A stretch of 64,000 nt of DNA from Leptogorgia sarmentosa (taxonomy: Eukaryota), in contig OZ210884.1 of assembly GCA_964658305.1 (NCBI GenBank), positions 682,001-746,000 of the forward strand, read 5' to 3'. A model generated the notes under the pieces. It did no database searches. It saw nothing but the letters and a program-made list of their open reading frames with translations, and was not told the origin of the DNA. Position numbers and translations under genes: made by a program. Each line of letters opens with the position of its first letter. The first letter of the stretch is position 1. Positions 1 through 51,300 of the stretch are shown one piece after another.

Positions 1-2273
1 CTGCTCAACTGCCAACTGTGCTGCGATGTTTTCAAACCTGATTGCTCAATATGAACGATATGTATGCTTAGCTGACAAAATGTTAAAGAGTTATATAATG
101 TACGTAAAGTGTACCTACAGTCTGTATGTGGCTCAATATTTATGCTGTTACAGTAGCCAGTAGGTAGTTACATGCAAAAATGTATGATTGTTCTAATTGC
201 TGACATGCATGTGTATTCTACTTTTTTATCATAGTATACGAGAAACAATGTTTGTACCTTTAATAACTGAGGACCAGAGGCCTTACCACTAGACAAATAA
301 GTTTCAGCTTTAACTTTTGGCAACTCAGCAACACAAAGACATGATATTTTCTGTTGGAAAATCTTCCTGAATATCTCAACTCAATGGGCAAGGCGGGGCA
401 TCTCTAAAAAACATTTCAAAGCTAGTGAATACTGGATTCTTACAAAATGTGTTAGTACATTTAGGCACAATCTCATGTCTTTCAGAAAGCCATACAAATG
501 TTATGCATGAAAAGAGGGCACATTCCTTTTAAAAAGGGCACTTTTTCTTATAACTGTAAATTGGGGGGGGGGGGGGGGCACCATGCCCCCAGTTCCTACG
601 GCACTGCTCTGGACATTAACACAGATGGCTTTTATTGTGCAATAATCATGCCTTGCATTTCAAGGTGCTTGAAACGTACCATGTATCCAACATATTTATT
701 GGTTGTAGATCTAGCAGTGAGCTTATTAAGGGCCTTGAAGGTTTTTTCTAAATCAATTTGATCCCAAGACTGCATTTCATATTTACCCAATAACCTTGTT
801 TTCAATCAGGTTCACTTTTACCAGACTGAGTGCTTTCCTAGGGTGTATCAAAGGCGTTTAGCTTGAACAGTGGATAACCAAAAATTTGAAAACACTCTAT
901 TCATCTTGCAAATAATTGAACTTGAATTTTATAGTCTATAGTTCCTAGATCTGTTTAATATTTTTTACTTCTAGTATCTGCCATTAAAATCCTTTAATAT
1001 AACCAGGCCCCTTGTTTTTATACCACTACATTTCTGGAACAAAATATTATTATGTGAGTTTAAACTCTCTTACAAATGCATCCTACAGTAGCACTGCAAT
1101 GCAAAACCATGCAAAACATGACTGAGGACTGTTAGGTATTCACTCAGGCTACTTGGGTGGTCTGTATACCAGTGATTCAAAAAATAAGGTTGTCCTAAAA
1201 AACCACTGAGTTTTACGAATCAAAGTGCACTCCTACTCAAAGAAAGGCTATACTTAAGGTCGCGCACAACGATCTGCTGGAGGCATTGACAGAGTGTTTG
1301 GCGACACTCCTTTATATGAAAAAAGTGCGTGCACTCTCTCTAGCATTAATAAAGTTAATTCAAGAATATTTCTAGCTTTAATAAAGTGATGATAATATAA
1401 AATTATTTCCTTTTGTATTATAGCTATAATTTTTGGTTCTGCATTTTGATGCTCTGTGTTTTGATGCTCTATTTACTTGCACAAGACAAGTGTGAGATGT
1501 AATCAATGTCCCCTACTCTGTCACAATCAGTGGAATACTGGACTCTTATATTATATGGCATGTGTCATGTCAGATTAATAATTTAATAATTGACAATTAT
1601 TATACTATTAATAATTAATTACATACGGGAGTGACCGTATTGTCGGCGCACGCACGTAAACAACTAAGGATGATGAAATAGCCCTATTCAACCTTAGTTT
1701 ACATAATAAACCGGGCTGCATATGAATTTACTTGCATTGTCTTGATCGTGCTTATCTAATTTTTACTGATTGCACTTAGTTATTCAAGTATTTTGCTCCA
1801 CTACCTTCGGCTCTCTCTTGCCATTCAGGCTGGTATTAATGTATTTGTCTACACTTTCACAACATAGCAAATGATAAGTTCCTCAAAATATATTGTATAA
1901 AATAATTTTGAAATATTTTTTGTGCATATTTTTGTCGACTAGATGTATGAAAAAAAAATCTGAAAAATCTTACCTGAAATAAAAATGAGGTTTTTGTGGC
2001 GTGAAAACCGCTACAATTTTTCTTTGCATTGTAAAATGAGTAATGTGAGCGAAAAATGCTAAAGTGAAAAGATTTTTGTCGTAAAAAATATTCAAAAACA
2101 ATCGTAAATGTAATTTGTATGAAATATTTTGCAAAAACCAGGGGGGGGGGGGAGAATACTGTCGTCGAAACCTTTGGATCGCGGTTGGTCAGTGGTGCCT
2201 ACCATGAGGACGGAGAAAGTGCTGTCATGGTAACGGCTTGAAATCCGCCATGTTTTTGGCTTCACTCTTTTTC

Positions 2274-2562
2274 CAGCCTCGTACCCAGGCGCGAAAAAGT
2301 CAAAAATAAGCGCACTATAGTGCTTTTACATAGATCAGTGGCTAAGCTGAGCGAGCGCGCGGGGGTTGATGGGCAGGACGCGACGGTCTCGTGTGCGGGC
2401 AAAAAAACATACAAAATTTTAAATTAAGACGAAACCACTGAGCTAAAGAAATTAAAGTAATTCTTTAGCTCAGTGGACGAAACCCATCGCTCAGCCACTG
2501 ATCTATATAAAAGCACTATAGTGCGTTTATTTTTTGCTTTTTCGCGCCTGGGTACGAGGCTG
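2274..2562. mobile_element. MITE with long TIRs (CAGCCTCGTACCCAGGCGCGAAAAA...), probably hAT-type
   Basis: ~70-bp imperfect TIRs; flanks CTCTTTTTC/CTCTTTCC resemble a decayed TSD. Confidence 0.85.
2436..2475. mobile_element. 40-bp palindromic insertion with 8-bp TSD, nested in the MITE
   Basis: GACGAAAC|CACTGAGCTAAAGAA-ATTAAAGTAA-TTCTTTAGCTCAGTG|GACGAAAC. Confidence 0.8.
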
Positions 2563-3372
2563 CTCTTTCCGCGTGCGCTTCCTCCAGTAATCTATTATAG
2601 CTCATTGTCCAAAACCTTAAACCATAAACTATGAGCGTGCAAGGGATGCTGGTTAACATCTCTTTGAAGACACAAACCAAGGGTATTTTACACTGCGACT
2701 TGTCATATACATTAGACCCACATTTGACAGCTAGCTATTATCACCCATGTTTTTTGCAATCTTGCAACCTTACAGGAAAATAATTCTAACCCATTTTCAA
2801 AGTTGGTTTACCTTTGGTAGCCTGAATGAGTAATAACCACACAAAAATGAGTTCATTGGGTAATAATGATATAATACATGGTCTTTTTGCCAAAACTAAA
2901 CATATAATTTGTGTAAAATTATCATGAATACCTGTCAGTTGGCACACATGCACTAGCTTGGTTATCCGTAAGAAAATTCTCACTCTTAATATGGCTTAAA
3001 GCTATATTCTGACATTTTTCAAAATTTCTTTCCGTTTCGGAATTCGGTATTTACTTTCAATGCTTTGCGCCCAATTCCCAACAGTGGAATTTGTGTTTGG
3101 TTCGTATGAAGTCATATTCTTACAAACAAGGAAAAAACGATGGTTCAGTAAGAAACTAAAGGCTTGAATTTAATTGCTATGAATTTTTAAATTTAACTTA
3201 AATTTTATCCATAAACATATATCTAGTGCGTAATATGACACACAGTTGCATTATACCTTTTTTAATACACCGTGTACATGCTTTATTTTAATAACCCTAG
3301 CGACTAAACACTGAAGAATTCTAAAAAAAATTGACAGCAAGCTCTGATTAGTGAAGTCTTTTTTTATTGTAG

Positions 3373-6300
3373 ATGAGTGGTGATAGTGACAGCAACAACT
3401 CCTACCAAAATGCAGTTGCTCAGAGTCTCCTGCCGCCTAAGGTTTTTGCAAATACTTCATACAGCGAAACAACTGAAGTGAAAGTTTACAAGACAAGGTG
3501 GTTTATTTTGTTGGTTTATTGTATCAATGGCGTTTTACAAAATGCTATGTGGAACACCTGGGGGCCAATTGAGGCCACTGCAAGAGCTGTTTATAAATGG
3601 GATAGTTACGTCATAGACTTGATGGCAGCCTGGGGAAGTATAACGTATTGCATTACTATGGTACCGTTTGCTTGGATAATGGATGTGAAAGGTGAGTACT
3701 TTTTAATATTTCTCACTCGTGTAAGCTGGTACGTACTTATTCTAACTCACATATCTGGTACCACATGGCGCACAATACAGGCTGTCCCAATACAGAATAT
3801 CTCACATATCAGAGTTTATGTGCTATTTCGTACTGGTACAGTCAACTCTCGTTGAGGACCATCATTTACTGTCGGAAATAGCGAGTCCGCAGTAGGGGAC
3901 AACATATATTATTGAGACTTTCTACAAACAACTAAAGTCACCAGGGACGTAGGACCGTGCTCCCCCCCCCCCTCCCGCAATGTTTAGCTTCAGGGAACCG
4001 CCCGCTCCCGTCCAAAAAAAAATACTGGATTTCAAAAAAAGCTATTGAAGCCGTACCTTAGTCAACGATCTTTCATTTCCTTAGTCAACGATCTTTCATT
4101 TGTATACGCAAAGAAACCAACTAAATAGGTCGAGTTTGGACTCCAAAATGGTCATTTCCAAGATACTAAATGTCAAAATTTTCGCTCGGCGCCGCGCCAA
4201 CGCAAAAAGTGTCCGTAATAGCGAGAGCTATTAGAGAATTTAAGTTTCACGTTCAAACGCCAAACGACAAACGCCAGCCAAAGACTAATTTTACACTGTA
4301 AGGCAGTAAAGTGTAAATGATTTGTTGTTTTCATAACTTCATTGCTTAATTATTCGGCTTTTCACATGCGAAAGAAAGTTTGAAACGAAATGATCAAACA
4401 AAAATTCTGCAGCGAGTATCAGTTTTGCCCGCAATGCGACGGTATTGTACCCACTGACCATCTTGCAGCATCCTACTGTACGTGTAGTGTATGTATTCAA
4501 AATAATCACAAACGGAAAAGATACTGAACTGCAATGCACAATTCCAGCTTCCGGCCAGTTCTGTTGCACCATTTTCTTCCATTTCCTGTTCAAATGTGGT
4601 GCAAAATTCCGCACGTAACAAGAAATACGACTACGAGTTTACACGACGGTTTCCACTTTTCAAAACATTTGGTTAAATCTGTGATCACACTATCGTAACA
4701 AAGGTACACTATTAAGTTTCATATAATACCGCACTGAGGTCAGTTCAATTGATTCACGGATTAGCATCATGTGATGTTGAAAAGAAATTTCAAACTTCCA
4801 TTTCACGATCCTGGAATGAAACCCATTCCATTCCATGTTCAGCCGTGCATTTATGTTTTGTAATTATTGAAATTGAATAAATGGTTCATTGATAACAGTT
4901 CATTGTTTTTGGTTTATATGAAACAAATAATGAATGTTTGTATTCGTGCGCTGAAATCAGGTGTCCGACTGTCTATGGAAAAAACATAGCGGAGGGGACA
5001 GCCGTCTTCCATTTGGTCTCATGAAAATACTCTTACCATTGCTTTCATAAACATTGAATATGTACCCTATAATTTACCATGTATGTGTACTATATCTAAT
5101 AGCGTACCCTATTTTTAAGGTTTGCGTGTCACGATGTTGATATCCGCTGGTTTACAGCTCGTTGGTTCTGTCTTAAGGTCAATTCCTACCGGTGATGCAA
5201 AGACGTCAACAGCGTTGATTCATTGTGGCCAGATTATAGTTGGCTTCGCTGGTCCTGTTGGTATGGCTGCTCCTCCTCTCCTATCATCCACATGGTTTCC
5301 ACCGTATCAACGTACTACAGCGACTGCAATCTTAGCAGTTGCTGGTTACATAGGTACTGCTACATCATTTTTGATAGGGCCAGCATTTGTTGACGACGTC
5401 AAGGACGCGAACATTCCGAAAATTGATGATAACTACCCCCTAAATACGACCGATCGAGACAAATACCAGAAGCAAATCAACTCGCTTTTGTATTTCGAAG
5501 CAGGTTTTCAGTTACTCGTTTTTATCATCATATTCGCTTACTATCCTCCCAAACCCCCCAATCCCCCAAGTATTTCTGCTGCAACTGGACGGGTCGATTT
5601 CAAGGCAGGGGCCAAAGAACTGTGTAAAAACTATAATTTCCTTCTTCTGGCAACGATATACGGAGCAAGTACAGGTGTATATGGCGGTTGGTGTGCTGTT
5701 CTTTATCAAAATTTATCGGAATATGGGATATCAGTCGATGCGAAGTTTGCAGCATGGCTTGGATTCGTGGCTGTCATCAGTGGTGCATTTTCGGGTGTTT
5801 TATTTTCGTCGTAAGTATATACATCTTTATTATATAGACAAGCACTATATATGAGATATTCTGTAATCTGATTGGCTGAGCTACTCACTAGCTATTACTT
5901 CATATATAGTGAGTAGGACGAATTTCGAAGGAAAGTAGAAGGGATTTCGTTTTTAATGAACACATAATTATTTTTGCGGGTTCCGGTTTTCTTTGGACAC
6001 CCTCACCCCTGTATAGGAGCAACCGAAATAGGGCAGGGGCCGGTTGTATAAAACTCTTTTAAAACTATGTTTTAACTACCCGTTTCGTATAGTTAAATGG
6101 TAGTTAACTATAAAATACGCGCTTTTCATTGGTTAACTTTCGCAGTAACTATAGTTAACTTTATAAACTTAAGTTATCCCATTCACTCATACATGTCTTG
6201 CTCGCTATACTCTGGTTTGTATAATTGAATACAGGGCTCCCTCGAGGTGTATTCACGACCCAATGTTTCGACACTCCTGTTTTGTTTGAGAAACGCGGGA

Positions 6301-6804
6301 CTATGAGTATGACCTAAATTATGATTATTGTGTGCCAGTATCGTGCAATTATTTTTCAGATTCGCTGATCACTTCTCTGGGCACTTGAAGCTTTTCCTCA
6401 TCGTGTTTATGGCGCTGTCATTTTACACGATCTTGTTGATTTGCTACGTCTTCACTGGAGTTATTGAATTTAACGAGGTTTTGGTATACGTTATGTTTGG
6501 ACTGAGCGGATTTTTCTTGAATGGGACCATTCCGTTCTTTTTTGAGCTTGGAGTGGAGATCACTTACCCGGTAGCCGAGGGTATAACCACTGGCTTCATA
6601 ACGTTCTTCAATAATTTTCTCCAGGCAGCATTTTTGGTAGTTCCTTTGGGTAATTTGGGGACGAAATGGATGTTGTGGACGACCATTTTTACCTGCGCGT
6701 TATCCACAGTATTCTTGCTTCTCGTGAAAGAAAAATATAACAGATCTTCTGTGGACCAACGCGTACGCAAATCTAGTTTTACTCCTTGTTCAGTCAACAC
6801 GTAA
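3373..6804 (+). CDS. SLC49A4: MFS transporter, SLC49A4/DIRC2 (FLVCR-family)-like; coding exons 3373-3691, 5120-5810, 6360-6804; ~484 aa
   Basis: Three ORF segments join in frame across GT-AG introns (DVKG|LRVTML; LFSS|FADHF), total 1455 nt. Family motifs: VYKTRWFILL, WNTWGPI, LSSTWFPPYQRTTATAI, PPKPPNPPSISA, FFELGVEITYPVAEG; many hydrophobic helices. The ATG directly follows a polypyrimidine-AG, so an upstream exon is likely. Confidence 0.88.
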
Positions 6805-7350
6805 TTACTTTATTTTTGGCTTCTCATTTTACTTGATCATTTTACTGCGTAACCAGGACTCAAAATTTCCTATATTTGCGATTAATTGTGATGATAAGGA
6901 ACTTTACAATATCGAAAGTATCTAACCCAAGGCAAACCTAATCCCGAATCCTAACGCAATAAAAGAACACTTTAAAAAAACGTCAATGTGGATTTTAAAA
7001 CAAACTTTTTCAAACATAGTGATGCATTTTTGCAAAATGCACTTCCGTCTTCTTTGAACATGGATTGAATAGCATCATGAAAGAAATCTCCGCGCATTTT
7101 AATGAATCATTTATTTCCGGTGTTTGATACGGTCTTGTTACGTCATGTTAAATAGACAATGTCAAAGCTCAAAATTTAAAATATAACATAATGGTTATAC
7201 GTGGACTTCAGTTAATTTTTTGGAAATAATTTTTTATTTGTCTTATGAAAATAATTCAAAATATAAATGTGAAGTGTCTATATAGTAATTTATTTCATGA
7301 TTGAGACAAAATAGAGGGTAATAACCATTGAACGCATAAACATTCATTTG

Positions 7351-7699
7351 CATAGGCGTCACCCCCCCCCCCCCCCCCCGTCTGCCCCCCACCCAAGAAA
7401 TTTAAAATTAGAAAATTCGGGCACTGATTTTGAGCATAATTCGGGCTAAAATCTGACGAATAAGGTAATGTCAACAATCCTCCAGTCGTTCACCTGAACG
7501 AGCGCACCAAGAAAGTGGAGGTAGGACTCTGAAATCGCCATTTCCGGCAATCCAGAGGTTGTAAAAGTTCAAAAATTTCTCGCTCGGCGGCGGTGGCAAC
7601 CATGGTGGCGCCTGGTGACATTCCCTGCCCTCAAATTCGGGCCAAGATCTTTCTGCCCACCTCTCCCCGGAAAAAATGTAGCCCGTAACTACGCTTATG
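7351..7699. mobile_element. hAT-type MITE upstream of CKAP5
   Basis: Termini CATAGGCGT/ACGCTTATG; 8-bp TSD TTCATTTG/TTCAATTG (1 mismatch); poly-C interior. Confidence 0.7.
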
Positions 7700-7868
7700 T
7701 TCAATTGTGACAAATACTGTCGGTTCAAAGGATGTTTTAATGATAATCTGATTTTCAAATGATTGTAAGAAAAAAAACTTGTACCCACACCAGATTTCGT
7801 AGCCGTGGACCAAGGATGACTCTGGGGGCATGGGGACGAGGTTGTCGTCCAGTTCGTTAGAGTTCAAT

Positions 7869-7928
7869 GGCGGGAATCTAGAACAATTTTGATTTGACAA
7901 ATTTCCAAATGCTTGTAGCTGATTGGTT
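7869..7928 (+). promoter_or_regulatory. Putative CKAP5 proximal promoter: E2F-like GGCGGGAA (7869-7876) and inverted CCAAT box GCTGATTGGTT (7918-7928)
   Basis: Motif matches 120-180 nt upstream of the ATG. The motifs are short and CTGATTGG is common in local repeats. Confidence 0.3.
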
Positions 7929-8047
7929 AAAAGAGATCACATGTCAAAAAGCAGACAAACCTGTGAAACAAATATGGACGAATATTCAGTATTTGGACAC
8001 AGCCGTACAGCGAACACTTTCAAGAGTTAAATTTATCCGTTGTACAC

Positions 8048-46514
<38,467 letters not shown>

Positions 46515-46543
46515 TCGATGTAATATAGGAAAAATAACTTATA

Positions 46544-46549
46544 AATAAA
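46544..46549 (+). promoter_or_regulatory. Candidate polyadenylation signal of CKAP5
   Basis: AATAAA 30 nt after the stop codon, followed by a T/GT-rich tract. Confidence 0.45.
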
Positions 46550-46585
46550 AAACAATATAGTTGAAAAACTTTTGCTTATTGTGTC

Positions 46586-47735
46586 TTTTTAGTGCAAAGT
46601 TTCTTCGAATCTTTGCAGCATTGTGATTAGGGGCGAAAATTCACATTGGTCATTCAGTCATCGCAGTCAATCATTCTTAGTGTAAACTCCGGGGTGCGCG
46701 TCCCAACATTAGAATATCGTGTTCTGATTGATTGAACAGCGTGACGTACGCTGTAGCCACGCTCTGATTGGTTGAACAGCGTGACGTACGCTGTAGCCGT
46801 GCTCTGAAGTGGGTTGCCAATTTATTTGAATATATGCAAAAATGTTTAATTTATGCAAAGATTTATGGACGATTACTAAAGAAAGTTATTAGCTGTGATA
46901 GAAGATTAAAATACTGCTTGATTAGTGTTCTTTGCAACGACAGTAGGGTAAGCACATTTGACTTGAATCCAGTATGATATCGAATGACATCCTAAATGAC
47001 ATCCTATTGCAGTCTTGGGAAATGGGACTCTCTATTCTAATTCAAACATTGTTGAAACTTGGCCACATTACTGATTCAAGGCCCCACTCTTTAGCGTCCG
47101 CCATATTGTGTACAAATATTTCATCCCCCGAACACGAAATTCCGCAGGGGCTTTGCGGCATGTGTACTATAACTTCAGGCATCTTAGATCACATTACTTG
47201 TCTAGCTCAGTGGCGTAACGCAACCTCTGGGGGCCCTCCGACAGTCGACCACTTTGGGGCATCCTTTGCTCCACTAATTATAGTAGGCTGAATTTACCAC
47301 TTCTGTCTACACAACGACAAACCTCACTTTGTTACAGAATAGACTCGAACCCGAATTTGAATTTAATGAATTTCGCTTCTCTCTTCCAAACCTGCCTATC
47401 TGTCTGTTTTTCGTATTTGAATTCCCCAGAAATGTGCTATCAATTTTTTATGTTCATTTTGTCGGGGGCCCCTAAAGTTCGGGGCCCCCCTGTCACAGGA
47501 CACCCTGACACCCCTCCGTTACGCCACTGGTCTAGCTAATTTTCTTATCCATACGAATAACTGCAAACAATGATGAACAATAGTATAACGTTACAATCGG
47601 AAAATATTTGTCTAAACATTGCAAGGATATAAGGAAACTAGGGAGTCTCGCACATCGGTAGAATTTGGGACGCGCCCTATGAATGAATGACTTGATCACT
47701 GATGTGAATTTTCGTCCCTCATCACAATACTGAAA
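46586..47735. mobile_element. Two partial HINE-like copies in opposite orientation (46586-46706 +, ~47060-47735 -) between the convergent genes
   Basis: 5' terminus at 46586; reverse-complement homology to 37480-37890 at 47060-47735. Confidence 0.7.
47208..47529. mobile_element. hAT-type MITE nested in the HINE-like copy
   Basis: TIR CAGTGGCGTAACG/CGTTACGCCACTG; perfect 8-bp TSD GTCTAGCT. Confidence 0.9.
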
Positions 47736-48389
47736 AGTAAATACTAAAGGTCTAGGGGAGGGACCCGAAGGTAGCACGTTGCCACATTGATGGTAAAATT
47801 TCAGCATAATGTTTGGTAATATGACTACTGGGAAAACATGGTCCAGCGATCACTGCAACCCATATTTTTGTGGTAAAAAGGTTACAGCATTTTGAGACAC
47901 TAGTTCGATTTCTGCGGGAAAACGTAAACACTTTCTTACTACGAAAAGCGAGCAGACATTGAACAATGTAATTCACATAATTTATATTAAATCTTTACTT
48001 TGTATCCAAGCTGGCAGTCTTGGCTTGCAGTATGTACTGTATCACACGAGATTTTTTATTTGAACAGACTCATTCTATAATTGTATCAATGTAAAGATGC
48101 ATGCATGTATACATTTCAGATAAATTTTTAGATAAAGTTATTCCAATTAATAACTAAATTTCGTTCATTGGCATATTACGTAACAATATTATTCTGTTAT
48201 AATACCACAGTCACTTAAATAAATACATTCTCAGATACTAAGGGTTAAAATAAATTGCATTTGGATCGTATTGGTTGCTTCGCATCACAAATAATTCACA
48301 AGCGTTATAAGGTGGTAGTCACTATTTTCAGGCTTCTGTCCGTTTGGTACTGCGTAATGATTTCAAACAGGCGGCAATGGACGCGCAGG

Positions 48390-51300
48390 TTAATGCTGCC
48401 CAAAGGAGAAGTTGGATGGAACAGTGGTATTGGCAAAATTATAACCACCTTGCATGTCCAGGTGCCGCGTTTCTGAAAAAAAGAGAACAAAATATTGAAT
48501 AACTGAATAAGTATCAAGTTTACCAGAGCCGGGCTCGCCGCGTTCACCCAATCACAAAGTTCAAAAGTGAGCTTACGTTAGCATAATTACATACAGACCA
48601 CAAAGGTTTTGGGAGATAAATATTTTGTCATTAAAACTTTTCATGTTCCAAATTGTACATCGTTTAGCTATGACAACAATTCAAAATACTTCATGTCACG
48701 AAATGCAGGATGTGTAAAAAAAAACCCGAACAAATTTTAAATTGCGAAGCGGCTTAAAGTTCGAAGTTTTTTGTTTATGTAGATTGTATGAGCACTAAAA
48801 AATAATGTATAATATTATGAAAAAGAATTGAAAATTAAATTTTCAGAACCGAGGGAGGGATGTCTCGTTTCCAACATTTGAACACCTAAAAGTAATCTTG
48901 AGTTCATTAAGTTTTGAGTTAGTTAAGCCCTTCAAAACGTCGCGCAAACTTTCGTTTTTGGGAGTAATGAGTTTTTGCATGCTTAATTACCTTGAGCTGC
49001 TTTCCTTTGATCAGCCAAAACAAATAGATGTTGAAGTTCTTGTTTCTGCTGTTCATTAAGATTATTTGTCAACTGATTGTACCATTCCGGATCGTGTGCT
49101 TGAATATCTACAAAAATGTGGCAGAAATGTTTATCGCACTACAAAAAGACAAATATTTTAATGCTAAAAGTTTTGAAATTAGAATTTTTGAAAATGCGGG
49201 CATTGTTTGTGTGAAATGCATTAATGGAGGCAAAAAAATGTGGTTGGTGTTTCTATGATTCAGACAAATTAAGATATTAATGTCGCCAGCTGAAGTTGGT
49301 AATTTTGTGGAATCAAATATCGGTGAATTATAACCACAGGTCAATTACTTACAGAATAAAAATCCCCTAACCTACACCAGACACCTGTTGTAATGGGTAC
49401 AAAATTAAGTAGTTAAGAGAAGGGAGCAAGATTTCAGATTTTTAATAAATTAACCTATAGTACTACCCTCTGAATTGTTACTACAGTTCGAGTTAAGTTG
49501 CATGACCAAATAACGCACAGTGAAAATAGGCCAGACGTTCAACCAAGAATATCAAATCCACCCAATTCAATTGGGGTTATTCCTAGTTATATCCAGGTAC
49601 ATTTGGACCAAATCATGAACATAATATCACCGGCCAGAGAAAACATCGCATGCAGTGTTAAATAATTGACTTACTTAATAAGCATTGTTTAAACACCCCA
49701 TATTCGTCGACAGCGTCCTCGCTATCGATTGTAGTCGTGTACGCTTCAAGCTCCGTTTCCTCATCATCGTCAGCATCTTCATCACGAAGTGCATTGGACG
49801 CCTACAAAATATTGTAAAGTACAGTGTTCCTGTCGGTTGCAGCTACAAAATACACCAAACGCTTGCAGAAAATGTGTCGATTTTATGTGCTGAAATTTCC
49901 CATTGTTGATGAGATGAACTAATCAATTTTTCGAAATATTTTCGTCAAAATGATGAAGGTTCCTAAGGGCGATTTTTGACGCTTTGTTTCTTTATCATCT
50001 TCATTAGGGTCAATTAATTATATATTACAAAGAAAACATATAAAACATTCAATCAAACTATTAGTAGAATGTAGACCCTAAATGGGCAAGGTATAAACGG
50101 GACTCAAAGAACCATGCAGGATACCTTCCCAAACGTTACTAAAACTAATTTATATAACATTACACACACAAACACAGCTTGGCGGCCTGTTGGCTGTTGC
50201 GATCCGAATTGTCGTTAAAAATCATTCCACGTAACATCAGCTCAAAAAAAAAGCTTGATGTAATACAATAAAACAATTTAAAAGGTTTTATAATATTATA
50301 TTTAGGTACTAATGCTGAAATGCAAAATCATAATGCTGAAATTAACAATTACATTTTTTTGTGAATTAATAATTTGAAATATTAACCTTTTTTGCAAGAT
50401 TTTCAATATAAACAATATCATCTTCGTTTAGCTCATCATCATCGCTTTCCAACTCACCTAAATACCGAAATAAACACATTGTTGTTGAACTAGTGAACTT
50501 TGCAGGGTGTATAAAAAAAGTGAACAAATTTGAAATCGCTCTCAACTTCCTAAAGCGGCTGGGGGTACGATATTTTCGCTTTATATATACTGTATAGCTA
50601 CATTGTTTGGGTATCAATAATGTAGAATGATGGGGAAAACTATGAAATTTAAATTCTCAAAATCCAGGTGGGGTGTCTTCCAACATAATATCATTGTTGT
50701 GGACGCTGCTGATTGGCTAAAAAGCTTCAACAACTGTGCAAATTAAACATTAATTGCACGGTTTCGAGCCCGCGATAATTGTAAAAACAAATAAATAAAC
50801 GCTTATCAACGCTAAAATTCTTGTTTTTTTTTTGTCATTTATTCTCAACTTTGGACAAAAAAGTTTAGTGAACGTGTACTACAATAATATTAATGGACGA
50901 GCGCCATTTCGCCAAACACAAGTGCAATTTTTCGTTAATACTTCTCGAACCGTGTAATTTCCTATACGAAAAGAAACGGGATGCGCACGAATTTTAAACA
51001 TTTAAAAGTAATTTTGAGTTGATGGACGAAAACTTTGTCAAGTTTTGTATTGCTGTTCAAAATTGGTTGAGTTTAAGCCCTTCAAACGGTCGCGCAAACT
51101 TACTTTTTTCAGAGTAATTAATTTTGTTTACTTTTTTTATACACCCTGTTAATTTGGACTGCTTGAAAGAATAAATTGAAGTTTCTCTAAATTGCAAAAC
51201 TAACATGCTCAAGTAATTCTTATAAATTTGCAAATATTCATACGTCTGTATTTCAAAGAAACAGATCGATCTAGTTATTTCAAATAGACAATTATAGTAA

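Noticed and set aside
1960..2260. First exon of a minus-strand gene (AAACATGGCGG, CAG|GTAAG at ~1970)
   Set aside because: The ATG frame stops after 8 codons, no downstream exon could be joined, and the region looks repeat-derived.
4056..4101. Short tandem duplications (also ~20627-20670 and ~52624-52677)
   Set aside because: Ordinary local slippage or MITE subterminal repeats; no evidence of function.
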